DNA from: Butyrivibrio sp. CAG:318
Lineage (GTDB): Bacteria; Actinomycetota; Coriobacteriia; Coriobacteriales; Eggerthellaceae
Length of the DNA stretch: 64,000 nucleotides
Direction of reading: 5' to 3'
Assembly (NCBI GenBank): GCA_963627055.1
Contig: CAVGAF010000003.1
Location: forward strand, 5,177-69,176
Shown: positions 1 through 8,736 of the stretch, in pieces
Layout of the letters: each line of letters starts with the position of its first letter
Position numbering within the stretch: position 1 is the stretch's first letter
Program-made: the position numbers and the translations under genes
Notes under the pieces: generated by a model
Seen by the model: the letters and a program-made list of their open reading frames with translations, nothing else
What the model was told of the DNA's origin: nothing
The model's database searches: none

Positions 1-1
1 G

Positions 2-835
2 ATCGTCACCATCTTTTTGTCGCTTCTGATCATCGGCATCTTCTTGGTGGGCGGATCGATGGTTAACAACGTGGTGAAGTCCGTCGAGCAAGAGGTGAAC
101 ATCACGGTGTGGATCGCCGACGACGCCTCCGAGGCCGATATCGCCGCGCTTGAGAACACCATCCGTTCCATGAACTCGGTGGCCAACGTCAGCTTCACCA
201 ACAAGGAGCAGGCGCTTGAGAACTTCAAGGCCTCTTCGAACTCCGACATTGCCGAGAGCCTTGACGGGCAGAACCCGCTGCCGGCCTCCATCGACGTGGA
301 GCTGTCCGACCCGCAGCTGGTCGAGGACGTCGCAAGCCAGATCGAGGCCAACGCCACGTTCAAGGCCATCTGCGACAACCCCAGCGACCCCTCCGACTCG
401 CTGCGCTACGGCGAGAAGACGGTCGAGCGCCTGTTCTCGCTGACCAGCTACGTGCGCTACGTGGGCATCGCGCTCATCGCCCTGCTCATCTTCATCGCGC
501 TCGTGTTCATCAACAACACCATCCGCCTGGCCATCCTCGCGCGCCGCAAGGAAATCGCCATCATGCGCCTGGTGGGTGCGTCGAACGGGTTTATCCGCGG
601 GCCGTTTTTGATGGAAGGCGCCCTGCACGCCATCATCGGCGCCGCGCTTGCCGTGGGCTCGCTCGAGCTTCTGCGCAACCTGGCGCTGCCGAAGCTGCAG
701 GCCGCGCTCACGTGGCTGCCGATCAACCTCTCCGGTTCCACCTTCGTGATGTTCTACATTATGCTGGCGGTCTTCGGCCTGGTCATCGGCTTGGTCGGTT
801 CCGCGTTCGCCATGCGCCGCTACCTGAAGGTGTAA
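2..835 (+). CDS. ftsX: Cell division permease-like protein FtsX (5' truncated by window edge)
   Basis: Frame is open from position 2; TM-extracellular loop-3TM layout; signature NTIRLAILARRKEIAIMRLVGASNGFIRGPFLMEG. Confidence 0.93.
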   Translation: MVTIFLSLLIIGIFLVGGSMVNNVVKSVEQEVNITVWIADDASEADIAALENTIRSMNSVANVSFTNKEQALENFKASSNSDIAESLDGQNPLPASIDVELSDPQLVEDVASQIEANATFKAICDNPSDPSDSLRYGEKTVERLFSLTSYVRYVGIALIALLIFIALVFINNTIRLAILARRKEIAIMRLVGASNGFIRGPFLMEGALHAIIGAALAVGSLELLRNLALPKLQAALTWLPINLSGSTFVMFYIMLAVFGLVIGLVGSAFAMRRYLKV

Positions 836-853
836 AGGTTTTAAAGGTACGGC

Positions 854-2134
854 ATGCCGAAGCCCCAAGACAAGAAGTCAAATCTTGCAGCGTCCGCGCG
901 TTTTGCGCGGGCGCGCTCTATTCGCCTGGCGAAGTTCTTCGCCTTCGTGCTTCTCATAGCCGCCGCGTTTATCGGCGGCTTCGTCGTGCGCGGGGATAGC
1001 GCGCTGCTCGACGCACTGGGCATGTCGCAATTCACCGGCAACGACGAGGTGCAGACGAAAACCTCGCAGACGCTGCAGTACAACTCGCTTTCCGCCCGCG
1101 TCGGCGAGGTGGAGACGGTCATCAACGGCGACAGCCTCGATTCCTACAACCTCGATACCGCAACTTCGAAAGTGCTCGATGCGTTCGCGCTTTCCACGCA
1201 GGACGCCTACCTGCGCTACTACGATGCGAGCCGCTATGCCTCGCTGAACCAGGATGCCTCGGCAACCGGCGGGGGAGTGGGCGTTTTGTTCTCGGAATAC
1301 AACGGCAGCGCGTACGCGGTCGACGTGTTCGAGGGGTCCCCCGCGCAGGCGGCCGACGTGCGCACCAACGACGTCGTCGTGGCCATCGACGGGGACCGCA
1401 GCCATCAATGGACGGCCACCGAGGTGGCCAGCGCCCTTAAGCGCGACGAGGGCGAACAGGTGGTCATCACCTGGAGGCGCGGCACTACGCTTGACGATAC
1501 CAAGGGCACCGAGTTCACCACGACGCTCACCTGCACCAATGCGACCGTGAAAAACGTCACCACCGAGCTTTCCGATTCCGTGGGCTATATCAAGCTCAAG
1601 CAGATTACGCAGAATTCCGCCGATTTGGTGCGTCAAGCCATTTCCGATTTAGACGCGCAGGGCGCGCAGTCCTTCGTGCTCGACCTGCGCGACAATCCCG
1701 GCGGTTACCTGACGCAGGCGGTCGATATCTCCAGCTTGTTCGTGAAAAGCGGCACCATCGTGCGCATTCAGACGAAGAGCGCCGACGAGACGACCAAAAA
1801 CGCCACGGGCACGGTGGCGACGGAAAAACCGCTCGTCGTGCTCGTCAACGGCAACACGTCGTCTTCGGCCGAGGTGATCGCGGCTGCGTTGCAGGACAAC
1901 CAGCGCGCCACGGTCATCGGAGCCAAGACGATGGGCAAGGGCTCGGTGCAGGTGACGCATGACCTGACGTTCGGCGGCGCCCTGCGCTATACCGCCGCGT
2001 ACTACAAAAGCCCGCTCGGACACGACATCGACGGGCTCGGCATCAATCCCGACATCGCCATCACCGCCGCGGGCGATGACGACAACCAGAAGTCGTTCGC
2101 CCTGGAAACCGCCGCATCGTTGGTGAAGGAATAG
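854..2134 (+). CDS. S41 family C-terminal processing peptidase (PDZ + peptidase), N-terminal membrane anchor
   Basis: LDLRDNPGGYL, LVVLVNGNTSSSAE, TMGKGSVQ and GINPDI motifs; PDZ-like segment with FEGSPAQAA. Confidence 0.9.
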   Translation: MPKPQDKKSNLAASARFARARSIRLAKFFAFVLLIAAAFIGGFVVRGDSALLDALGMSQFTGNDEVQTKTSQTLQYNSLSARVGEVETVINGDSLDSYNLDTATSKVLDAFALSTQDAYLRYYDASRYASLNQDASATGGGVGVLFSEYNGSAYAVDVFEGSPAQAADVRTNDVVVAIDGDRSHQWTATEVASALKRDEGEQVVITWRRGTTLDDTKGTEFTTTLTCTNATVKNVTTELSDSVGYIKLKQITQNSADLVRQAISDLDAQGAQSFVLDLRDNPGGYLTQAVDISSLFVKSGTIVRIQTKSADETTKNATGTVATEKPLVVLVNGNTSSSAEVIAAALQDNQRATVIGAKTMGKGSVQVTHDLTFGGALRYTAAYYKSPLGHDIDGLGINPDIAITAAGDDDNQKSFALETAASLVKE

Positions 2135-2136
2135 CC

Positions 2137-4221
2137 GTGGGGCGTACGCGCAAGCATACGCGACGCCGACCGCGCAGCAATCCGCATGGCGTGCTGGTGG
2201 TGCACGGCGGCAGCTTCGGATTCGTGCGCACGGCCGAGGGGGAGTACTTCATTCCGGAGGCGAAGATGGCCGGCGCCTTCGATGGCGACCTGGTGGAGAT
2301 TGCGCCTTTGCCTACGCGCGGTGCCACGAAGGGGGCGGCCGAGGAGCGCCCCGCCGCCCGGGTGCTGCGCGTCATCGACCGCGCCCATGACACGGTGATC
2401 GGGCGCTATGAGGTGGCCGAGCCCTTCGGCGTGGTGATCCCCGAAGACGCGAACATCCCCTATGACATCTTCACCATGCGCGCCGATTTCCCCGACGTGC
2501 CCGACGGCGCGCTCGTGCGCGTGCGCATGACCACCTACCCGTCTCGCCACGAGGCAGCGTGCGGCGTGATCGAGGAAGTGCTCGGCATCGCCGACGAGAG
2601 CACGGTGAGCGTCGAGGCCATCATCGCGCGCAACAAGCTGGAGACCTCGTTTTCGGCCGGCGCGCTCGCCGAGGCCGATGCCTGCGCGCTCGATGAGACC
2701 GGCGCGCTTGCGAGCGGGTATCGCGATTTGCGCGACCGCTTCGTTTTCACGATCGATCCGGCGGACGCGAAGGACTTCGATGACGCGCTGTCGCTTGAGC
2801 TGGCTGATGATTTCCTCGGGTCCGGGGCCGTTTGGCGCCTGGGCGTGCATATCGCCGACGTTTCGCATTACGTGGAATGGAACAGCTCGATTGACCTGGA
2901 TGCACGCCGCCGTGCCACGAGCGTCTATCTGGTAGACCGCGTCATCCCGATGCTGCCCGAAGCGCTTTCCAATGGGCTGTGTTCGCTGGCGCCGGACGTT
3001 TCTCGTCGCTGTATGACCTGCGACGTCTATCTTGACGAGCACTGGCGTGCGGTGGGATACGATCTGTATCCGGCGCTTATGCGCTCCCGTGCGCGGCTCA
3101 CCTACGACGAGGCGCTCGGCATCCTGGAGGCCGGCGAGCAGACCGACGGCGGGGCTGCGGACGCGCAAACCGGTGAGGGCGGCTGCGCGACCGCGGTCGG
3201 CGAGCGTTTAGAGCTTGCGCCCCGGCTTACGCGCCTTTCGGCCTTTGCACAGGCACGCATCCGCGCCAGGCAGGCCGCCGGCGGGCTGGACTTCGACTTT
3301 CCCGAGGCGCGCGTGCGCCTAGCCGATAACGGGGCGCCATTAGGCGTGGATATCCGCACCAAGACCAAGGCCACCTCGCTGGTGGAGGAGGCCATGATTT
3401 TAGCCAACGAGGTGGTCGCGCGCCATCTTTCCGAGCGCGCCTTCCCGGCAATTTACCGCGTGCATGAAAAGCCTTCCGCTGACAGCCTCGCGGCGCTTCT
3501 GCCCGTTTTTCAGGAGTTTTCCTGGTACGGGCGCATAAGCCCCGAGCGCTTGGTGGCCGGCGATGCCCATGCCATCCAGCAGGTGCTCGCCGAAAGCGCG
3601 GGGCGCCTGGAAGCCGATTTGGTCTCCAATTTGGTCCTGCGGGCCATGAAGCGCGCGTGCTACAAGCCTGCCTGCGAGGGCCACTTCGGCCTGGCAAGTG
3701 CGGCCTACTGCCATTTCACCAGCCCCATCAGGCGCTATCCCGACCTGGTGGTGCACCGCATGCTGCGCGCGCAGCTCACGCGTCGTCCTCAGCTTTTCGA
3801 CCAGGAAGTTGCGGCGCTCCCCTGGATTTCCGAGCATTCGTCGGACATGGAGCGCGTGGCGGAAAAGGCAGCGCGGCAAACCCAGGAATTGAAGCTGCTC
3901 GAATACATGGCGGCCTTTGTCGGCGAGACGTTTACGGGCACGGTCTCGGGCGTGGCGTCGTGGGGGATGTACGTGCGCCTGGACAATACGGCCGAGGGGA
4001 TTGTTCAGGCGCGCAATATCGGCGACGAATATTTTGCGCACGACGCGGTGCGCCATACCCTTACCGGACAGGACAGCGGAATGGGGTATCGTCTGGGGCA
4101 ACGACTAGATGTTGTGCTTTCCGAGGTCGACGTGCGCGCCTCGCGCATGGAATTCCGTCTGGCGGGCAAGTCGCAGAAACCGTGGAACGCGCAGGGGCGC
4201 GCTTGCAAACAGCGCCGTTAG
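2137..4221 (+). CDS. rnr: Ribonuclease R / RNB family exoribonuclease
   Basis: FTIDPADAKDFDDAL catalytic motif, HIADVSHYV, HFTSPIRRYPDLVVHR, C-terminal S1 domain. Confidence 0.93.
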   Translation: MGRTRKHTRRRPRSNPHGVLVVHGGSFGFVRTAEGEYFIPEAKMAGAFDGDLVEIAPLPTRGATKGAAEERPAARVLRVIDRAHDTVIGRYEVAEPFGVVIPEDANIPYDIFTMRADFPDVPDGALVRVRMTTYPSRHEAACGVIEEVLGIADESTVSVEAIIARNKLETSFSAGALAEADACALDETGALASGYRDLRDRFVFTIDPADAKDFDDALSLELADDFLGSGAVWRLGVHIADVSHYVEWNSSIDLDARRRATSVYLVDRVIPMLPEALSNGLCSLAPDVSRRCMTCDVYLDEHWRAVGYDLYPALMRSRARLTYDEALGILEAGEQTDGGAADAQTGEGGCATAVGERLELAPRLTRLSAFAQARIRARQAAGGLDFDFPEARVRLADNGAPLGVDIRTKTKATSLVEEAMILANEVVARHLSERAFPAIYRVHEKPSADSLAALLPVFQEFSWYGRISPERLVAGDAHAIQQVLAESAGRLEADLVSNLVLRAMKRACYKPACEGHFGLASAAYCHFTSPIRRYPDLVVHRMLRAQLTRRPQLFDQEVAALPWISEHSSDMERVAEKAARQTQELKLLEYMAAFVGETFTGTVSGVASWGMYVRLDNTAEGIVQARNIGDEYFAHDAVRHTLTGQDSGMGYRLGQRLDVVLSEVDVRASRMEFRLAGKSQKPWNAQGRACKQRR

Positions 4222-4298
4222 AACTACCATTTCAAGGTACGGAAAAGCCTACGAGCTGCGCTCATGCGGGCTTTGCTTTCGAGAAGAGGATCATCCCC

Positions 4299-5273
4299 AT
4301 GAATACCCGTATCACCGAACTTCTGGGCATCCGCGTGCCCATCATTCAGGGTGCCATGGCGCGCATCGCCGACGCGAGCCTTGCCGGCGCGGTCAGCGCG
4401 GCGGGCGGCTTGGGCATCATCGCCTGCGGCGGGGCGCCGCTTTCCTGGGTCGAGGAGCAGGTGCGCGCCGCGCGCGAAATCACTTCGAACCCAATAGGCG
4501 CCAACGTCATGCTCATGGACCCCAACGCCGCCGAGCTTGCGCGCTTGCTGGTTGATTTGAAGGTCGACGTCGTCACCACCGGCGCCGGAAGCCCCGCCAA
4601 CTACATGGACCTGTGGAAGGAAGCCGGCATAAAGGTCATCCCCGTGGTGGCCACGACCGCGCTTGCGCGGCGCATGGAGCGCCTCGGCGCCGACGCCGTG
4701 GTTGCCGAGGGAACCGAAAGCGGCGGGCACGTCGGCGAGCTCACCACGATGGCGCTCGTGCCGGCGGTGGCCGACGCCGTTTCCATCCCGGTTATCGCTG
4801 CCGGCGGCATTGCCGATGGGCGCGGTATCGCGGCGGCGTTTTCGCTCGGCGCCGAGGGCGTGCAGATGGGCACGCGCTTTCTGACCGTCGACGAATGCAC
4901 GGTGGCCGACGCCTACAAGGAAAAGGTGCTCGCCGCGAAGGATTCCGACACCATCGTCACCGGCCGCGGCTCGGGCCATCCGGTGCGCTGCCTGAAGAAC
5001 AAGTTCTCGCGCAGCGTGCGCAAGCTGGAGGCGAATGTCGAGGCCAACGGCGACGAGCTCGAGGCGATGTACGTGGGAAGTCTGCGCCGCGCGGTTGCCG
5101 GCGACGTTGAGAACGGCTCCATGATGGCCGGTCAGGTTGCCGCGCTCGTGTCCGAGCGCAAAACGGTCGCCGAGGTCATTGCCGAGGTCATGGCCGAAGC
5201 CGAAGCGCTCGGCGGCCTCGATCTGCAGCAGATGGCCGACGCGAACGCCTGTCGTGCAAGGGATGGGCGATAG
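4299..5273 (+). CDS. fabK: FMN-dependent enoyl-ACP reductase FabK (nitronate monooxygenase family)
   Basis: Start reassigned to ATG 4299 after GAGGA; PIIQGAMA, EGTESGGHVG, AAGGIADGRG, GVQMGTRF; first gene of the fab operon. Confidence 0.88.
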   Translation: MNTRITELLGIRVPIIQGAMARIADASLAGAVSAAGGLGIIACGGAPLSWVEEQVRAAREITSNPIGANVMLMDPNAAELARLLVDLKVDVVTTGAGSPANYMDLWKEAGIKVIPVVATTALARRMERLGADAVVAEGTESGGHVGELTTMALVPAVADAVSIPVIAAGGIADGRGIAAAFSLGAEGVQMGTRFLTVDECTVADAYKEKVLAAKDSDTIVTGRGSGHPVRCLKNKFSRSVRKLEANVEANGDELEAMYVGSLRRAVAGDVENGSMMAGQVAALVSERKTVAEVIAEVMAEAEALGGLDLQQMADANACRARDGR

Positions 5274-5274
5274 C

Positions 5275-6195
5275 ATGGCCTGCGCGTTTCTGTTCTCGGG
5301 CCAGGGAGCCCAGGCGCCCGGCATGGGAGCCGATCTGCTCGACGTCGCCGAGGTGGGCGAGACGGTCGCGCTCGCAAGCGAGGTGCTCGGCTACGACGTG
5401 GCCGACCTTCTTTGCAACGCCCCGGCGGAGAAACTCAACGACACGCTCTATGCGCAGCCTGCCACCTGCGTGCTTTCCGTGGGCATCGCCCGGGCGCTCA
5501 TGGCGCGCGGCGTCGCCCCGCAAGCGGTGCTGGGCTTTTCGCTGGGCCAGGTCAGCGCCTTGGCCGTATCGGGCATGCTGACTGACGCGGAAACGTTTGC
5601 GCTCGTCGCCAAGCGCGCCGAGCTGATGGCGCGCTCCGCCAAGGATCGCCCCGGCGTCATGAGCGCGCTTCTGAAGGCTGCGCCCGAAGAGGTCGAGCGC
5701 CTCTGCGATGAGGCGGCATGCGGGCAGGTGCTCGTCGCCGCGAACTTCAACAGCCCCGGCCAAATCGTCATTTCCGGCGAGGTTGAGGCCGTCGAGCGCG
5801 CCGAAGAGGCATGGGCCGCCGCCGGCAAGCGCTTCGCGCGCCTGGCCACCTCCGGCGCCTTCCACAGCCCGCTCATGCACAAGGCGGCCGAGGGGCTTGA
5901 CGCGTACCTTTCCGGCGTGACGTTCAAAGAGCCGGCCATTCCCGTCATCTGCAACACCGACGCGTGCGAAATGGACGCCGCAAGCGCACGCGCGCGCCTG
6001 GTCGCCCACCTGACGCACCCCGTCCTCTTCTGCCAAAGCGTGGAGAAGCTCTCCGGGCAGGGCATCGACTGCTTTGTCGAGGTTGGTTTCGGCGGCGTGC
6101 TGTCGAACCTGGTCAAGCGCATAGAACGCGGCGCCGCGCGCCCGTGCGTGCAGGACAGGGAAAGCTTCGACGCGTTCGTAGGGAACGCTTCATAA
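5275..6195 (+). CDS. fabD: Malonyl-CoA:ACP transacylase
   Basis: FLFSGQGAQ, GFSLG nucleophile motif, ANFNSPGQIVISG, SGAFHSPLM; ATG 5263 is an alternative start. Confidence 0.92.
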   Translation: MACAFLFSGQGAQAPGMGADLLDVAEVGETVALASEVLGYDVADLLCNAPAEKLNDTLYAQPATCVLSVGIARALMARGVAPQAVLGFSLGQVSALAVSGMLTDAETFALVAKRAELMARSAKDRPGVMSALLKAAPEEVERLCDEAACGQVLVAANFNSPGQIVISGEVEAVERAEEAWAAAGKRFARLATSGAFHSPLMHKAAEGLDAYLSGVTFKEPAIPVICNTDACEMDAASARARLVAHLTHPVLFCQSVEKLSGQGIDCFVEVGFGGVLSNLVKRIERGAARPCVQDRESFDAFVGNAS

Positions 6196-6208
6196 AGGAG
6201 GTGCCCGC

Positions 6209-6973
6209 ATGGGCGAAACAAGTGAAACCCCGCGTCGAGCTGCGCTCGTCACCGGGTCGTCGCGCGGCATTGGAGCCGCCATCGCCGAGGAGCTGGCACA
6301 AGCCGGCTTCGACGTGTGCCTGAACTGCTCGAGCGAGGCCGGCCTGCCGGCGCTTGAAGAGGCCGCGCAGCGCCTGGCGCAAACCTACGGCGTGCGCACG
6401 TGCGCTCAAGCTGCCAGCGTCGCCGACGCCGAGGCGGCAGCCGGGCTGGTCAAGGCGGCCCACGAGGCCTTCGGGCGCCTCGACGTGCTGGTGAACAACG
6501 CCGGCATCACGCGCGACGGGCTGATGGTGCGCATGAAGGAGGCCGATTTCGACGACGTCATCGCCGTGAATCTCAAGGGCACCTTCAACACGTGCAAGGC
6601 CGCCGGCGCCATCATGATGAAGCAGCGCTATGGGCGCATTGTCAACATGAGCAGCATATCCGGCGTGGGCGGCAACGCCGGGCAGGTGAATTACGCCGCG
6701 TCGAAGGCCGGCGTCATCGGCATCACGAAAACGATTGCGCGCGAGCTTGCGGCGCGCGGCGTGACCGCCAACGCGGTCGCCCCCGGTTTCATCGAGACCG
6801 ACATGACCGGCGCGCTGTCCGAAAAGCAGCGTGAGGCGGCAGGCGCGCAGATTCCCGTGAAGCGTTTCGGCCAGGCTGCCGAGGTCGCGCATCTGGTGCG
6901 TTTTCTGGCCAGCGAGCAAGCAAGCTACATTACCGGGCAGGTCATCTGCATCGATGGAGGTTTGGCACTATGA
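6209..6973 (+). CDS. fabG: 3-oxoacyl-ACP reductase
   Basis: TGSSRGIG, NNAGITRD, NYAASKAG (YxxxK), VAPGFIETDMT. Confidence 0.95.
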   Translation: MGETSETPRRAALVTGSSRGIGAAIAEELAQAGFDVCLNCSSEAGLPALEEAAQRLAQTYGVRTCAQAASVADAEAAAGLVKAAHEAFGRLDVLVNNAGITRDGLMVRMKEADFDDVIAVNLKGTFNTCKAAGAIMMKQRYGRIVNMSSISGVGGNAGQVNYAASKAGVIGITKTIARELAARGVTANAVAPGFIETDMTGALSEKQREAAGAQIPVKRFGQAAEVAHLVRFLASEQASYITGQVICIDGGLAL

Positions 6974-8262
6974 GCAACATCATCAACGGCGTTGAGACCC
7001 GTCGCCCCGACGGCACGCATCGCGTCGTCATCACCGGCATGGGGGCGGTTTCCCCGGCAGGCGTCGGCGTCGAGGCGCTTTGGGATGCCGTGGTGGGCAA
7101 GCGCTGCTGCATCGGCCCCATCACGCGTTTCAGCACCGAGGGACACAAGGTGCACAACGCGGCCGAGGTGCGCGATTTCGACGCGACCAACCACGGCCTT
7201 TCCAAGAAGGAGGCGCGCCGTTTCGAGCGCTTCGTCCAGTACGCGATTGTGGCGGCTGACGAGGCCATGGCGGCCTCCGGCCTGGACATGGAGGCCGAGG
7301 ACGGAACGCGCGCGGCGGTTATCTTCGGCGCCGGCATCGGCGGCATCGACGAGCTGCAAAACGGGTTCTACACGCTGCACGACAAGGGCCCCAAGCGCGT
7401 GAACCCCCTGTTCGTGCCCACCATGATCGGCAACATCGCCGCCGGTCACCTGGCCATCCGCTATGGCATGCGCGGGGAGTGCATCGACGTCACCACCGCG
7501 TGCGCCACCGGCGCGCACAACATCGGCGCCGCGGTGCGCTCCATCCGCCACGGCTACGCCGACGTGGCGCTCGCCGGCGGCGCGGAGGAGTCGGTGAACC
7601 CCATCTGCATCGCGGGCTTCGCCAACTTGGGCGCGCTTTGCGAGGAAGAGGACCCTGCGCAGGCCTCGCTTCCCTTCGACCGCCGCCGCGGCGGGTTCGT
7701 GGCCGGCGAGGGCGCGGGCGCGGTGGTGCTCGAGTCGCTCGAGCATGCGCTTTCGCGCGGCGCCAAGCCTATCGCCGAGATAACCGGTTTCGGCTCGACC
7801 GGCGATGCGTACCACATGACCGCGCCGGAGCCTTCCGGCGAGGGAATCCTGCGCGCGATGCGCCAGGCGCTCGACGAGGGCGGCTTCACCCCGCAAGACG
7901 TCGGCCACGTAAACGCCCACGGCACGGCCACCCCGGCAAACGACGCCACGGAATCCCGCGCGCTGTTGGCGCTGGCGGGCGAGGAGGCGGGGCGCAAGAT
8001 ACCTGTCATGTCCGTCAAGGGCGCGATCGGCCACACGCTCGGCGCCGCCGGCGCCGTCGAGGCCATCGTCACGGCGCGCGCGGTCGCGACCGCCTGCGTG
8101 CCGCCGACGACCGGCTTTGCCGAGCCCGACCCCGACTGCCCGGTCAACGTGGTCCGCGAGCCCCTTGAGGGCTATCCGCAGAAGGTGGCGCTGTCCAACA
8201 GCCTCGGCTTCGGCGGTCACAATGCGGTGCTGGCCATCTCGCCGTTTGGCGTTGCGGAGTAA
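6970..8262 (+). CDS. fabF: Beta-ketoacyl-ACP synthase II
   Basis: RVVITGMG, TACATG catalytic Cys, NAHGTAT, GHTLGAAG, SNSLGFGGHNA. Confidence 0.93.
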   Translation: MSNIINGVETRRPDGTHRVVITGMGAVSPAGVGVEALWDAVVGKRCCIGPITRFSTEGHKVHNAAEVRDFDATNHGLSKKEARRFERFVQYAIVAADEAMAASGLDMEAEDGTRAAVIFGAGIGGIDELQNGFYTLHDKGPKRVNPLFVPTMIGNIAAGHLAIRYGMRGECIDVTTACATGAHNIGAAVRSIRHGYADVALAGGAEESVNPICIAGFANLGALCEEEDPAQASLPFDRRRGGFVAGEGAGAVVLESLEHALSRGAKPIAEITGFGSTGDAYHMTAPEPSGEGILRAMRQALDEGGFTPQDVGHVNAHGTATPANDATESRALLALAGEEAGRKIPVMSVKGAIGHTLGAAGAVEAIVTARAVATACVPPTTGFAEPDPDCPVNVVREPLEGYPQKVALSNSLGFGGHNAVLAISPFGVAE

Positions 8263-8271
8263 GGAGCGGGC

Positions 8272-8718
8272 ATGCAAGACATCCAATATCCCTGCGGCCG
8301 CGACGTCATCGAGCGCGTGCTGCCGCACCGCGACCCGTTCGTGTGGGTCAGCCGCATCATCGAGTGCACGCCGGGCGAGCATGTCATCGCCGAGCTCGAC
8401 GTGTCCGCCGACCTGCCGCTGTTTGCGGGCCATTTCCCCGGGCACCCAGTGCTTCCGGGCGTCATCATCATGGAGGCGCTCGCGCAGGCGATGTCGTTTT
8501 CCGTGCTGGTCGGGCGCGGGGACGCGGGCACGCTCGGCTTTTTCGCCGGCATCGACGGCGCGAAGTTCCGCAACCAAGTGCTTCCCGGGGACGTCCTCAC
8601 CCTCGAGGGCACCGTGGTGAAGAGCGGCTCGCGCATGGTGGTGGCCGAGGTGGAGGCGCGCGTGGGCGACAAGGTTGCCGCCACGGCGACGCAGAAGTAC
8701 GTGCTCGCACGTGCGTAG
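8272..8718 (+). CDS. fabZ: 3-hydroxyacyl-ACP dehydratase
   Basis: LPHRDPF and FAGHFPGHPVLPGVIIMEALAQ motifs; AAGGAG RBS. Confidence 0.93.
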   Translation: MQDIQYPCGRDVIERVLPHRDPFVWVSRIIECTPGEHVIAELDVSADLPLFAGHFPGHPVLPGVIIMEALAQAMSFSVLVGRGDAGTLGFFAGIDGAKFRNQVLPGDVLTLEGTVVKSGSRMVVAEVEARVGDKVAATATQKYVLARA

Positions 8719-8736
8719 TTGATAAGGATGGCGGCA

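Noticed and set aside
3657..4298. N-terminal extension of fabK in the ORF track
   Set aside because: Overlaps rnr in another frame; FabK homology and the RBS begin at ATG 4299
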